Origin: a virus
Lineage: Duplodnaviria > Caudoviricetes
Reading direction: 5' to 3' (one strand)
IMG/VR virus record: IMGVR_UViG_3300027333_000001
Length of the DNA: 64,000 bases
In this document: positions 1-10,933 of the stretch, in pieces
Layout of the letters: each line of letters begins with the position of its first letter
Position numbering within the stretch: the first letter of the stretch is position 1
Made by a program: the position numbers and the translations under genes
Notes under the pieces: model-generated
What the model was told of the DNA's origin: nothing
The model's database searches: none
The model's input: the letters and a program-made list of their open reading frames with translations, nothing else

Positions 1-2
1 AT

Positions 3-1652
3 CCAAAGGAATCACTAAAAAGAGCAAGTCTTGCATATTGTGGTGGTGATTTAGAATTAGCAGATCGTATTTACCAATATGCAGTCAATGGCTGGTTTAT
101 GTTCTCATCACCTATCTTGTCTAATGCTAGACTAAATGGTGATAAAAAAGCAGGCTTGCCTATTTCCTGCTTTTTGTCTTTTGTTGATGATTCACTAGAA
201 GGTCTTATTGACCATTCTAATGAATTAAGATGGATGAGTGTTTTAGGTGGTGGTGTAGGTGGACATTGGTCTTCTGTGCGAACAGTATCAGATAAAAGCC
301 CCGGTCCTATTCCTTTCATTAAGACCATTGACAGTGATGTTGAAGCCTATAGACAGGGCAAAACAAGGAAGGGATCTTATGCCTGCTATTTAGATGTCAG
401 CCATCCTGATATTATTGAATTTCTTAATATCCGTGTACCTACAGGTGGCGATACAAATAGAAAGTGTTTCAATCTCAATAATGCAGTCAATTTATCTGAT
501 GCTTTTATGCAAGCTGTTTTAGATGATGCAGATTGGAATTTAGTAGATCCACATAATAAACAAGTAAAAGAAACTGTTAAGGCAAGAGAATTATGGCAAA
601 GAATTTTAGAAGTGAGATTTAGAACAGGTGAACCTTATTTCTTTTTTAGTGATACTGCTAATAAACATTTGCCACAATCCCTTAAAGACAAAGGTCTTAA
701 AATTCATGGCTCAAATCTCTGCTCGGAGATATATTTACCCACAGATAAAGACAGATCAGCTGTGTGTTGCTTATCTTCATTAAATATTGAGTATTTTGAC
801 GAATGGAAGGACACCAGCATTATTGAGGACTGTATTACTTTCCTAGATAATGTCTTGCAGTATTTTATTGATACTGCTCCAAAGCAATTACATAAAGCTA
901 TCTACTCTGCTATGCACGAAAGAAGTTTAGGTTTAGGTGCTATGGGTTTCCATTCTTATTTACAAAGAAAGAATATTGCCTTTGAATCAGCTATTGCTAA
1001 AAGTGTTAATATGAAAATCTTTAAGACTATTAAAGAAAGAGCAGTTAAGCAAACTGAAGAACTAGCTAAAACAAGAGGTGAGTATTTAGATGGTGTAGGT
1101 ACAGGTAGAAGAAATAGTCATTTATTAGCTATTGCACCTAATGCAAATTCAGCTATTATTTTAGACACATCACCAAGTATCGAGCCGTGGAAATCTAATG
1201 CCTTTACACACAGAACAAGAGCAGGCAGTTTCTTAACAAAGAATAAATACCTAGATAAGATTTTAGTAGAGAAGAATTTACCTAAAGAAGAATATGATTC
1301 TATTTGGCAATCTATCATTTTAAATCAAGGTTCTGTACAGCATTTAGATTGTTTAACAGATTACCAAAAAGATGTATTTAAGACAGCATTTGAACTAGAT
1401 CAGATGTGGCTTATTGAACATGGTGCAGATAGACAAGTACATATTTGTCAAGGTCAATCTTTAAACCTATTTTTTCCATCAGGTAGTGATAAAGCATATG
1501 TAAATGCAGTACATATTATGGCTTGGAAAAAAGGTCTTAAAGGTTTGTACTATTTAAGAACGAATACAGGTGTTGTAGCTGAAAAGGTTTCAACCAAAAT
1601 AGAAAGAAAAGCACTCAAAGATTATGATGAGTGTATTGCTTGTCAAGGATAA
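3..1652 (+). CDS. nrdA: Ribonucleoside-diphosphate reductase class Ia alpha subunit (5'-truncated by the window)
   Basis: Frame is open from the left edge (PKESLKRAS...WFMFSSP). Motifs PISCF, GSNLCSEI, LGLGAMG, AIAPNANS, GLKGLYY and C-terminal CIACQG. Confidence 0.95.
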   Translation, partial: PKESLKRASLAYCGGDLELADRIYQYAVNGWFMFSSPILSNARLNGDKKAGLPISCFLSFVDDSLEGLIDHSNELRWMSVLGGGVGGHWSSVRTVSDKSPGPIPFIKTIDSDVEAYRQGKTRKGSYACYLDVSHPDIIEFLNIRVPTGGDTNRKCFNLNNAVNLSDAFMQAVLDDADWNLVDPHNKQVKETVKARELWQRILEVRFRTGEPYFFFSDTANKHLPQSLKDKGLKIHGSNLCSEIYLPTDKDRSAVCCLSSLNIEYFDEWKDTSIIEDCITFLDNVLQYFIDTAPKQLHKAIYSAMHERSLGLGAMGFHSYLQRKNIAFESAIAKSVNMKIFKTIKERAVKQTEELAKTRGEYLDGVGTGRRNSHLLAIAPNANSAIILDTSPSIEPWKSNAFTHRTRAGSFLTKNKYLDKILVEKNLPKEEYDSIWQSIILNQGSVQHLDCLTDYQKDVFKTAFELDQMWLIEHGADRQVHICQGQSLNLFFPSGSDKAYVNAVHIMAWKKGLKGLYYLRTNTGVVAEKVSTKIERKALKDYDECIACQG

Positions 1653-1658
1653 GAAAAA

Positions 1659-1874
1659 ATGAAGAAGATTATCTCTGCCTTATTACTTTATGATCTCAAT
1701 AAAGATTTTTTAGATGCACATGAAAATGAAGATGTATCTGATGTGGATTTAAATGAACCTGTTATTATTAATAAGGCAGGCATGATCTTAAGAAATGAAA
1801 AACCACTTATTAAGGTCTTACAGTCAAAAGACTTGGTAAATGTTTATTACCAATTGGGAAATGAAAATGAGTAA
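1659..1874 (+). CDS. Small hypothetical protein between nrdA and nrdB
   Basis: 71-aa ORF with AAGGA-like RBS, tightly coupled to both neighbours; no recognisable motif. Confidence 0.5.
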   Translation: MKKIISALLLYDLNKDFLDAHENEDVSDVDLNEPVIINKAGMILRNEKPLIKVLQSKDLVNVYYQLGNENE

Positions 1875-2841
1875 ATTACTAGAAACCACAATCACATATA
1901 AACCATTCCATTATCCATGGGCTATGGAATATGCTGAAAAACATGAAAAAATCCATTGGGGTACTTGGGAAGCTAAACTTCAAGAAGATGTTAAGCAATG
2001 GAAAAATGGTGGATTGACAGATCAAGAGAGAAAACATATTACTTCGATTTTAAGAATTTTTACACAAAGTGATTGTGCAGTAGCAGGCAACTACTGTGAT
2101 CAATTTATTCCTGTGTTTAAGAATAATGAAATCAGAAATATGCTTTTAAGTTTTGCTAATAGAGAAGGCACTCATCAACGAGCATATGCTTTATTAAATG
2201 ATACTCTTGGTCTAGCTGAAGAAGAATATTCAAGTTTCTTATCATATACTGAAATGAAATCTAAAATTGAGTTCATGCAGGAAACAGGTATTCACAATGA
2301 CCATCCTACTTTAAAAGCTATTGGTACTTCACTTGCTCAATCTGTATGCAATGAAGGTATGTCTTTGTTCTCAGCTTTTGTTATGTTATTAAATTACCAG
2401 CGATTTGGCAAAATGAAAGGTATGTGTGAAATTGTTGAATGGAGTATTCGTGATGAATCACTTCATGTAGAGGCAATGACTAAATTATTTCAAACCTTTT
2501 GTGAAGAAAATCCTAGAGTAGTAAATAATGACTTGAAAAAGCAAATCTACACTAACTTTACAAGAGCAGTAGAACTTGAAGATGCTCTTGTAGATTTGAT
2601 TTATGAGAATGATGAGAGTGTGATTTGTACTCTTAAAGGTAAAGATATTAAAACCTATATTAGATACCTTGCAGATAGACGATTATTACAGCTTGGACTT
2701 AAACCACAATTTAATCAAAAAGAAAATCCTTTGGAATGGTTGGATTGGATTATTAGTGGAGATAGCTTTAAGAACTTTTTTGAAGGTGTTGTGACAGATT
2801 ACAATGCAAGTGGAATGACAGGTGAATGGGGTTGGGATTAA
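1867..2841 (+). CDS. nrdB: Ribonucleoside-diphosphate reductase class Ia beta subunit
   Basis: Di-iron motifs FTQSD, REGTH, NEGMSLF, RDESLH and C-terminal NFFE...TDY. Start moved to ATG 1867 on RBS spacing. Confidence 0.93.
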   Translation: MSKLLETTITYKPFHYPWAMEYAEKHEKIHWGTWEAKLQEDVKQWKNGGLTDQERKHITSILRIFTQSDCAVAGNYCDQFIPVFKNNEIRNMLLSFANREGTHQRAYALLNDTLGLAEEEYSSFLSYTEMKSKIEFMQETGIHNDHPTLKAIGTSLAQSVCNEGMSLFSAFVMLLNYQRFGKMKGMCEIVEWSIRDESLHVEAMTKLFQTFCEENPRVVNNDLKKQIYTNFTRAVELEDALVDLIYENDESVICTLKGKDIKTYIRYLADRRLLQLGLKPQFNQKENPLEWLDWIISGDSFKNFFEGVVTDYNASGMTGEWGWD

Positions 2842-3929
2842 GATTTTAAATAGATAACATACTCGCAATATTTCCAATTCTTAATTCTTTTAATACCTAC
2901 AATTTTAGCTGATGTAGGCTCTGCTAAAACTTCATAATAAATTGCCCACGGATCACCCATGTAATGCGAATGAATATAATCTAGTGTTGGTCTTGCATCT
3001 AAGGCAATATCTTCTTTAGGTGGTCTTACCCAAATAAGCAGAATACTGCCACCATAAACAACTTCATGTTCAGGATACCTATAGCTGTCAACAGCATCTT
3101 TTAAAGAAGACCAGCTTTTAATGCCACGAACAAGTATTTTAAAATATCTTTTAGCTTTCTCACTTAAATCTTTTTCTAAAATAACTTCTTCTTTACTGCC
3201 ACAAGTGGTTTCAAAAGAATCTTCTAGTTCAGAATAAAAAAGTTCATTCACTAATGCTCTATACAGATAATGGTATTGACCTTTAGGAAACCTATTACCA
3301 ATCTCTTTAATTCTCTTAATAGAAGAGAATGTGTGTTTATTAAAAGTTTGGTGTCCTTTTAAAGAGTACAGAAATCTTAAATCGTCTATGGATAAAAATT
3401 CGCTTTGTTCATATTCTTCATCATCATCACTAGGATGAATAAGTGATTTCAATTTTAAAAAAAGATTTTTCTCAGGTTGTTTTTCTATTTTTGTACCCCA
3501 AGAAATCCATGAAGGTACTTCAGATAAAAGACCTTTCAAAGTGTTAGATGATACACTTCCATCATAATAATAGTCTGTCCATTTATAGTTATATGTCGAT
3601 CCATTTTTAGACACTACTAGAAGATACATATTACCTAATGGTGGATTGATAGGTTTTAAGACACAGGCAAAATAGCTATCATGTGCTATGCAATAACCAC
3701 CTTCTACAATTTCATCATTTTTGATACCAAAAACTTTACCTCGACCATCTCTAAATTCAGAACAATATTGTTCTGTCCAGCTATTAAGATCTCTTTCTGC
3801 TCTTGATAGTCTTGGATATTTCTTTTTTAGATCACTATTTGTCTTTAGGAAATCTAACTCAAAAAAATCATCACCATAAGTTTCTTCTATTATTTCTTTA
3901 AATTTATTAAATAATGTTATATCTGACAT
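2838..3929 (-). CDS. Hypothetical protein with possible C-terminal R-S-E ADP-ribosyltransferase-like domain
   Basis: 363-aa ORF with SD. LYRAL...SWSS...YEVL in ART-like order; the domain call is inference only. Confidence 0.55.
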   Translation of the reverse strand: MSDITLFNKFKEIIEETYGDDFFELDFLKTNSDLKKKYPRLSRAERDLNSWTEQYCSEFRDGRGKVFGIKNDEIVEGGYCIAHDSYFACVLKPINPPLGNMYLLVVSKNGSTYNYKWTDYYYDGSVSSNTLKGLLSEVPSWISWGTKIEKQPEKNLFLKLKSLIHPSDDDEEYEQSEFLSIDDLRFLYSLKGHQTFNKHTFSSIKRIKEIGNRFPKGQYHYLYRALVNELFYSELEDSFETTCGSKEEVILEKDLSEKAKRYFKILVRGIKSWSSLKDAVDSYRYPEHEVVYGGSILLIWVRPPKEDIALDARPTLDYIHSHYMGDPWAIYYEVLAEPTSAKIVGIKRIKNWKYCEYVIYLKS

Positions 3930-3975
3930 GACTGCACCTTTCTGTTTTAAGAAAGGTTTCTACATTTAAAACTTA

Positions 3976-4779
3976 TTAATCTTCCCAATCATCTTCACTT
4001 TCAAAAGATGGTCCCCATTTTGTCATGTGCATACTTGAAATCTTATTTGTCAGATATGCTATTTTTTCTTTAATAAGTTTTAAAACATTACCATGCTTAA
4101 ACTCATCAGATGTAATCACATACTGAAAAGAACTCATATTTTCTTTCTTTGTTTTTAAAATCTCATCTACACTGTGATCTACTTTATCTAATGCACTTTG
4201 TAAATCTTTCTTAAACTCATCTACATTGTGCATTGGGATTTTATGGTTTTCATATGTCTTATTTAAGAGTGGTAAAATCTCTGTACTAAGGTAGTCAGTG
4301 TAATACTCATTATTTCTTGCACCTGCTACTAAACCATTTAAATATGACTCTTGTGCTAAATGTTCATTATAGATTTCATCAAAGATAGGTTTAACAGAAA
4401 ACTTTTGACACAGATCATAATATGTATTCTCAATCTCTGTATGATTGTTAGCTTTCTCTTTAAGAGAATTTTTAAGATACTCATTTACATAATATGAGTT
4501 ATCTTCAATATCCCAATATTCCATTTTGAAAAATCTTTTGTTTGGCAAAACATAAATGTAAGCAACACCTACTTTTTCAAAACCATTGTTTTTGTCATAT
4601 AGATGAATTGTGCCTAAACAGCCATCACTACTGTTCATTGTAGTCATTAAACGATATGAACCATCTCTATGAGTTCTAGGTACAATGTATCTAGGATTGA
4701 TGGTTATATCTTTAGAAACCTTGCCATGAAACAAGGTTTCAGAAACTTTATTTAAACTTGAAAATTGCATTGGTAACAT
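3976..4779 (-). CDS. Hypothetical protein
   Basis: 267-aa ORF with AAGGA SD; no recognisable motif. Confidence 0.6.
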   Translation of the reverse strand: MLPMQFSSLNKVSETLFHGKVSKDITINPRYIVPRTHRDGSYRLMTTMNSSDGCLGTIHLYDKNNGFEKVGVAYIYVLPNKRFFKMEYWDIEDNSYYVNEYLKNSLKEKANNHTEIENTYYDLCQKFSVKPIFDEIYNEHLAQESYLNGLVAGARNNEYYTDYLSTEILPLLNKTYENHKIPMHNVDEFKKDLQSALDKVDHSVDEILKTKKENMSSFQYVITSDEFKHGNVLKLIKEKIAYLTNKISSMHMTKWGPSFESEDDWED

Positions 4780-4886
4780 TTAGAAATCCTTTTTATTTAA
4801 GATACCATTGAAACACTTAGGATTGAGATTTATTGCAACCTTATTAAAAATTCTTATGTATTGTCTTTTGAAAGGATGACAAAAAA

Positions 4887-5198
4887 ATGAAAGTTCGTAT
4901 TGTGAAAATTTATGAAGATCAAAATGATCCTGCTTTTATCTTTATTGAGGCAGATATATTTAAATCTAAACACCAGCCTATACCTGATGAGAGAATTATA
5001 AATAGATTACAAAAGAAAGATGCTTATGCTAAAAGCAGTCCTGCGAAAACACTAAAAAATAATAATCTTATTATTCCCATAGAGCAGGATGAGATGATCA
5101 TAGATGAAAATATTGATCTAAGTGATTTAGGTGTCTTTAATTATTCCTACTTATACTTCTATATGCTTATTCAAAATTTCTTTTCAAGACTGCTTTAA
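4887..5198 (+). CDS. Hypothetical protein
   Basis: 103-aa ORF with AAAGGA SD. Confidence 0.5.
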   Translation: MKVRIVKIYEDQNDPAFIFIEADIFKSKHQPIPDERIINRLQKKDAYAKSSPAKTLKNNNLIIPIEQDEMIIDENIDLSDLGVFNYSYLYFYMLIQNFFSRLL

Positions 5199-5215
5199 AA
5201 AAGTTTATCACATCT

Positions 5216-5247
5216 TTGAAAGTAAAACTAAAGACTTATAATATAAG
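5216..5247 (+). promoter_or_regulatory. Sigma70-like promoter upstream of the helicase operon
   Basis: TTGAAA-N17-TAATAT, overlapping TATAAG. Confidence 0.55.
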
Positions 5248-5286
5248 AATACAAATTGTTTTTTACATCTAAAGAAAGATAAACAA

Positions 5287-7377
5287 ATGCCATTTTATGT
5301 AGCTAAAGTCATGGGGCAAGTTTTTGCTAATGCTCCTTATTATGTTTTAAGGTGTATCGTTTATTCCGATACAAAATCCGAAGCTAAAACCATCAAAGGT
5401 AAAATCATTGGTAATACAGAAAGAGATAGCTATATCCTTTTTGAAGGTAAAGAAATTCAAGAAACCTATCAAGGTGTTACTAAGCCAGCTATTGAAGTTT
5501 TAAGATCACCTATTGATCCAAAACAACTTAAAGGTCTTGCTTTAAATGAATGGCAAAAGCAATCTAGTCCTGAAAAGAATAAAACCTATTCCATCGCAAG
5601 CAATCTTGTTTCCTGTGGTATTAATCCTAAAATCTTAAATTCTATTTGGTCTATCATTTCAAGAAATCCACAAGAGATTTTAGATAATGCTTGGCTACTT
5701 GTAGATTATGGTATTCCTTTTAAGACAGCTGATCAAATTGCCTTAACTCTTAATCCTACTTCTTATGATCTTAAAAACACTAATCGTATGAAAGCCTGTG
5801 TAAAAGAAGCTATTCATCAATCTGTTATAGATGGCAACTGCTATTTAGACAGTAAAAGTATTTTTGAAAGTGTCTTAACTAACACAGGTGAAACTGATCC
5901 AAGTAAAATTGCTTTGCTTATTAAAGAAATGGTCAATGATAAACAGATCATCATTGAGAAAGCATATCATGGTAATGCTATTTACCTTCCTAATATTCAT
6001 CGTATGGAAACAGATGTAGTAAATTATTTAACAAATCCAGATAGACGAAAAGGTCAAAGAGAAACTATTAGCTATATTAAATCACATAGTAAATACGATT
6101 TAACAGAAGATCAAATTGAGGCTATCCAAAGAGGACTTGAACAGCCTATCTCTATTGTATCAGGTTTGCCCGGGACAGGTAAAACTACAATCCTTTCCGT
6201 GTTATGTTCTATCTTAAAAGAAAAGAAAGAAACTTTATTATTAGTAGCACCTACAGGTATTGCATCTAAACGATTAGCATCTGTTGTTAAAATGGATGCT
6301 ATGACTATTCATAGAGCATTTGGAGCAGGTGGTGTGGATGATGATAAGAGTATTTTAAGCACTTATGAAGGTCTTATTAAAGATACTGATTCAAGTGTAG
6401 GCAGTGTCTTATCAAGAGATAACACTAGAGAACATTGGAATTACACACCTAATAATCCTAGACAAGAAACTATTCTTATCATTGATGAAGCATCTATGGT
6501 AGATCTTCATTTACTTTGGCGATTATTAAGAGGCATCACTTTAAATTGTAGAGTGATTTTTGTAGGTGATGTTGCTCAACTTCCACCTGTAGGAGCAGGA
6601 TTTACTTTAGCTGATATGATGGCAAGTAATAAAATCCCATCTGTGCATTTAACAAAAATCTTTAGACAAGGTGAAGGCTCAGGTGTTGTGATTGCATCTC
6701 ATGATGTTTATAATGGTCTAGTACCTACATCTAATAATGAATTTATCTTTTTAAATAACTACTCAAACCATGACATTTTAGAAACTCTTAAATCTTTATG
6801 CCTGCAACTTGAAGAAGAAGAAATTGATTACCATATTATATCACCTACTCATCATGGTGATTTAGGATGTACAAATCTTAATAAAGTTTTAAGAGCAAAA
6901 CTTAATCCTACTATTTCATCATCTGTATTAAGAATAGGCAATGATGAGATTAGAGAAAATGATAAAGTCATGATTACTCAAAACGATTATGATTTAGGTG
7001 TCTTTAATGGTGATCTAGGTAAAGTGTTTACGATTAGAAAAGATTGTGTAGATATTATTTTAAGAAGTGGAACAGGTAGCAATACAATGATTTCCATTCC
7101 AAAAGATAAAGTATCCAGCTTAATGAGATTAGCTTATGCCACTACAGTACATAAATCACAAGGTCAAGAGTATCAAGTGATTTTAATGCCATTGGTAAGA
7201 GAATTTGGCAACAGCTTAATTCAGAGAAATCTTATTTACACAGCGATTACAAGAGCAAAACAGAAAGCCTATTTAATAGGAGATATAGATGCACTTGCTT
7301 TAGGTGTTGCGAATACAAGTACAAAAGTAAAATATTCAAGATTAAAAGATAAACTTATTGAAAATAAGTGTGTTTAA
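5287..7377 (+). CDS. recD2: RecD2-like SF1B DNA helicase
   Basis: GLPGTGKTT, LVAPTG, IIDEASMVD, VGDVAQLPPVG, IFRQ, FNGDLG, AYATTVHKSQGQEY and YTAITRA. Confidence 0.9.
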   Translation: MPFYVAKVMGQVFANAPYYVLRCIVYSDTKSEAKTIKGKIIGNTERDSYILFEGKEIQETYQGVTKPAIEVLRSPIDPKQLKGLALNEWQKQSSPEKNKTYSIASNLVSCGINPKILNSIWSIISRNPQEILDNAWLLVDYGIPFKTADQIALTLNPTSYDLKNTNRMKACVKEAIHQSVIDGNCYLDSKSIFESVLTNTGETDPSKIALLIKEMVNDKQIIIEKAYHGNAIYLPNIHRMETDVVNYLTNPDRRKGQRETISYIKSHSKYDLTEDQIEAIQRGLEQPISIVSGLPGTGKTTILSVLCSILKEKKETLLLVAPTGIASKRLASVVKMDAMTIHRAFGAGGVDDDKSILSTYEGLIKDTDSSVGSVLSRDNTREHWNYTPNNPRQETILIIDEASMVDLHLLWRLLRGITLNCRVIFVGDVAQLPPVGAGFTLADMMASNKIPSVHLTKIFRQGEGSGVVIASHDVYNGLVPTSNNEFIFLNNYSNHDILETLKSLCLQLEEEEIDYHIISPTHHGDLGCTNLNKVLRAKLNPTISSSVLRIGNDEIRENDKVMITQNDYDLGVFNGDLGKVFTIRKDCVDIILRSGTGSNTMISIPKDKVSSLMRLAYATTVHKSQGQEYQVILMPLVREFGNSLIQRNLIYTAITRAKQKAYLIGDIDALALGVANTSTKVKYSRLKDKLIENKCV

Positions 7378-7437
7378 TTTTTGTTATTTCATATAAGTAT
7401 GTATGCCAATGCAAAACAACAACAAAGGAAAAGTCAA

Positions 7438-7776
7438 ATGGCAAACCAAGAAGAAATTCAAAAGCTAAAAGAAAAGTTAGCAGAACTCAAGTCCACAATT
7501 AAAGTAAACCAAATCACTATTTCAAGAGTAGTGAAAGGTCGTGCAGGTGATACCTTTATTTCTATGAATGCAAACTATGGCAGTAAAGAAGATAGTGAAA
7601 ACCTTGAAGGTCTTTCTATCTCTGATGCAAAACTAGCATCTTATCTTTTAGGTATGCAAGTAAATGTGATTGCACATGAACAAGCCTGTGCATCAGGTAT
7701 CATTACTTCATCTCAACTTGACAATGCAAAACAACATCTCAAATCAAATTTCAATAAACTTATGACTGGTGAATAA
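7438..7776 (+). CDS. Hypothetical protein
   Basis: ATG 7438 after AAAGGAAA; in operon with the helicase. Confidence 0.6.
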   Translation: MANQEEIQKLKEKLAELKSTIKVNQITISRVVKGRAGDTFISMNANYGSKEDSENLEGLSISDAKLASYLLGMQVNVIAHEQACASGIITSSQLDNAKQHLKSNFNKLMTGE

Positions 7777-7778
7777 GA

Positions 7779-8483
7779 ATGATTATTGATGAACAATGGA
7801 TTGAAAAGGTTTATCAAGACCTTACAAATATGGATATTCAACTTGATCATGATCCTTTAGAATTTGGACCCGATAGGCTCAACCTAAAGACAGCTGAAGT
7901 TAGAAATCTCTTATCAAGAGTAGAAAAGCTATTTATTGATGTATCTCAAAACTTGCATAAGTATAAAAGAGATTTATTAGTAAAGAACACAGAATTTACG
8001 ATTGCTAGAAATCGTCTTATGGCAGAAGATCCTCATGTTCGTGCAGGTAGATCACAATCAGAAAGAGAAACACTAGCAGGCATTCGCTTAACAGATATGA
8101 CAGTAGAAATGAAACATCTTGAAGTAGCAGTTCAAGATTTAGATGAAATTCTTAAAGTCATTAAAGCTAAACGAACAGACTTGAAAGATATTCAAGGCAG
8201 GTTGAAAGACCAACTTAAACTTTGTCAAGAAGGATTAGGTTTAGGTAGACGATGGGGCAAGTCAGATAATGTTGTGAAAGTCATTGAAGAATTTAATGAC
8301 AATTACAAACCTATGGTTGATGATACTACTCTTGATGCTGTCTTAAATAGAGAAGAAGTAAAACCAACACCTGCACCTAAACATACTGCACAGGATATTG
8401 ACACATTCTTTTCTACAGATATTGAAACCACAAAAAAGAAAATTGATGATTTGGATATTGATGATCTTTGGAATATTGACTAA
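7779..8483 (+). CDS. Coiled-coil protein with acidic tail, possibly a UvsY-like recombination mediator
   Basis: Long heptad region and acidic C-terminus; function inferred from context only. Confidence 0.4.
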   Translation: MIIDEQWIEKVYQDLTNMDIQLDHDPLEFGPDRLNLKTAEVRNLLSRVEKLFIDVSQNLHKYKRDLLVKNTEFTIARNRLMAEDPHVRAGRSQSERETLAGIRLTDMTVEMKHLEVAVQDLDEILKVIKAKRTDLKDIQGRLKDQLKLCQEGLGLGRRWGKSDNVVKVIEEFNDNYKPMVDDTTLDAVLNREEVKPTPAPKHTAQDIDTFFSTDIETTKKKIDDLDIDDLWNID

Positions 8484-8519
8484 TATATAATCATTGTCTT
8501 TTTATGAAAAGAGTAAGCA

Positions 8520-8936
8520 ATGATTTCAAAAATTGAAGTAGGCAACAAACATATTTATTTTTCTGCTTTAGAGTTAGCTAAAAATCCAAACCAATTTGAA
8601 AATGGATTATTAAAAAAAGTAGTCGTCTTAAATGATGAAATCCTATATCAAGACATACTGTCTAAAAAAGATATTAAAATCTTTAATGAGAATGAAGAAC
8701 TTTGCACAGAAGAAATCTTAATCTTAAATGACAGCAAACTACCAGAAATTGATCCTGCACAGCAATATGTTTTATTTACTAGCAATCCTCTATTAATAGA
8801 CAATCTGCATATAGATGAACTTTATTTTTTAGGTGCAGGTTCTATCTTAATAGCTTTAACAGAATATAAAGATTGTCTTTCATATATAGGCAATATGAAA
8901 CAAGCTAGGAAAGATTATTTACTTGGTAGGTTTTAG
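8520..8936 (+). CDS. Hypothetical protein
   Basis: 138-aa ORF in the operon. Confidence 0.5.
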   Translation: MISKIEVGNKHIYFSALELAKNPNQFENGLLKKVVVLNDEILYQDILSKKDIKIFNENEELCTEEILILNDSKLPEIDPAQQYVLFTSNPLLIDNLHIDELYFLGAGSILIALTEYKDCLSYIGNMKQARKDYLLGRF

Positions 8937-9523
8937 CCATTATTTAAAGGTGCATAATAGACATTATCTTTTATCTCAAAAGAACTGATAACCAATCGTC
9001 TAGCAGTAAATAAAGAAATGGAATGTCTAAGGTTTTTATCTATACAAGGTAGTCCATGTTTATTATTAGAAACACTGCTAATAAAATAATTGCCTTGTGT
9101 ACTTGTGCCTATGTTGTTATTAGTGTTTTCAAAAAAATAAAGCATACAGATCTTATTTAAAAGGTGGAGCAATATGTAGATTACTAGCTTGATGCCAATT
9201 AGCTTTTCTTCTAGGATCAATCATTAGTCTAGATAAAAAGAAAGCAGTTGCTCTTCTAAAATTTTCTGGATGTATAGGTTTAGAAGTATTTTGATATGGT
9301 GAAGATATTAAGAAAATGAAATCAGCATTCCTGCGAACATCATTAGATGACATCTCAAAGTGAAAGAGCATTATATATTCCTTTTATTTTTTTAATCTTT
9401 TTTTTGTAAAATGTGGAAATCTTAATTTTAATAATATAAGATCATACAAGACCAAGCAAGATAACGAAATGTTAATAAAAGCAAAGTCGAGTTTTTCTTT
9501 TAACAACTCTCAAGGAGTTAGCC

Positions 9524-10234
9524 ATGAGTGGCTTTTCAACTTTTGAATTAGGTGGCAATTCCACCATCCTTTCAGCAAAATCAGCAAGATGGAAACCTCA
9601 AAAAGGTAAGTATCGTGTCAGTTTTGTTACTCTCCCCGGCATCGAAAATGGTCATCCTGATCACAATGCAAAAGCACCTCTTTTCAAAGGTGGTCGTAGA
9701 TTGTATCACAAGGATGTTGGTTATTTCATTGATCACGGTCCTGAATATGCAAAACTTGCAGGTGAACCATCAAAGGTAGCAATCGCAACAGTGATTGTTT
9801 TATGGCCCACAGATGCAAATGGTGTGATTGATATGAATCGCTTAAAGAAAGGTGAATTTGATCCAAAGTCTTGGATTTTCTCTCTCGATAAGTATCGTCA
9901 ATTAGAAGCAATTCAAACTGAATTTCCTTTGACACAACATGATATCACTATCACTGTTACTGATCCACAGTTTCACAAGATGTCATTTGCACCATGTAAA
10001 GACAATTTGTTTACTGCGATCAAAGCAAAAGAACCAAATCTTTATGCAAGTGTTGTAGAAGTCGTTAAAGATATTTACTCAAGATTGCAAGATGATGTTG
10101 CACAAGACTTAACTATTGATCAAGTAAGAGAAAAGTTAAGTGGAGCAGGTGGTGCTACAAGTCCTGTTGCCAAGAGTGGATTTTCAAGTAACTTTAGTGC
10201 AGATGATGTTCTAAGCAATGTACTTGATGATTAA
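9524..10234 (+). CDS. Putative single-stranded DNA-binding protein
   Basis: AAGGAG SD, own promoter (GTGGAA-N16-TATAAG at 9413-9440), beta-rich core, flexible linker and acidic tail; recombination cluster context. Confidence 0.45.
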   Translation: MSGFSTFELGGNSTILSAKSARWKPQKGKYRVSFVTLPGIENGHPDHNAKAPLFKGGRRLYHKDVGYFIDHGPEYAKLAGEPSKVAIATVIVLWPTDANGVIDMNRLKKGEFDPKSWIFSLDKYRQLEAIQTEFPLTQHDITITVTDPQFHKMSFAPCKDNLFTAIKAKEPNLYASVVEVVKDIYSRLQDDVAQDLTIDQVREKLSGAGGATSPVAKSGFSSNFSADDVLSNVLDD

Positions 10235-10387
10235 AGTCTAGTTTCCTTTTGGTCTTTTAATAGACCTTTTGTGTTCGCTAGTTTTTTGTTTGTAAGAAAG
10301 CCATGATCTCTCAAAAGATTGTGGCTTTTTTATTTTGTATTTATATTTTTGTCTTTTATTAAACCTACCGATGATAAAGGACAAAAA

Positions 10388-10894
10388 ATGATTAAGTTTG
10401 CCAATAATAATAAAACTGCAAGTATTGATGAAATCTTATCTGTATCTAATCTCACAGATAAAAAAAGAAAACAAGCTAAAGAATCCGATTTAAGAGATGG
10501 TACGATTGTAGTCGCTTATCTTAATAATGGTCTTATTGCACCAAGTGGTTATCCTCAACACGGAACTAAAGGTACTATTTATGCAGTAGAAACTATGGCA
10601 GGTAAAAAAACTGCTATGGACGGATCTGCTTTTGTTAAATGGAATGGATCAAATAAAATTACTTTAGCACCTTTAACTCATATTAAAGTAGCTAGTAAAA
10701 AGGTTGCCAACCTTGATGACTTCTCTTTCATCTCTAATAATTCTTTATCTCAATTTATTGTAGCTAAAGCCTCTATGGAAGATGTACTTGTACATAAAGC
10801 TACTAAAGATTTATGGTCTTTAAAGGTAGGTGAAGATGGTAGCTTTGATATTGAAAGATTATTTGACGATGCTGGTGATCCATTAAAGATTTAA
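10388..10894 (+). CDS. Hypothetical (likely virion) protein with KTAS/KVAS motifs
   Basis: ATG 10388 after AAAGGA; NNNKTAS near the N-terminus and KVASKKVA internally. Confidence 0.55.
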   Translation: MIKFANNNKTASIDEILSVSNLTDKKRKQAKESDLRDGTIVVAYLNNGLIAPSGYPQHGTKGTIYAVETMAGKKTAMDGSAFVKWNGSNKITLAPLTHIKVASKKVANLDDFSFISNNSLSQFIVAKASMEDVLVHKATKDLWSLKVGEDGSFDIERLFDDAGDPLKI

Positions 10895-10933
10895 TAAATA
10901 TCTTTTTATTGAACTTAATAAAAGGATATCCGA

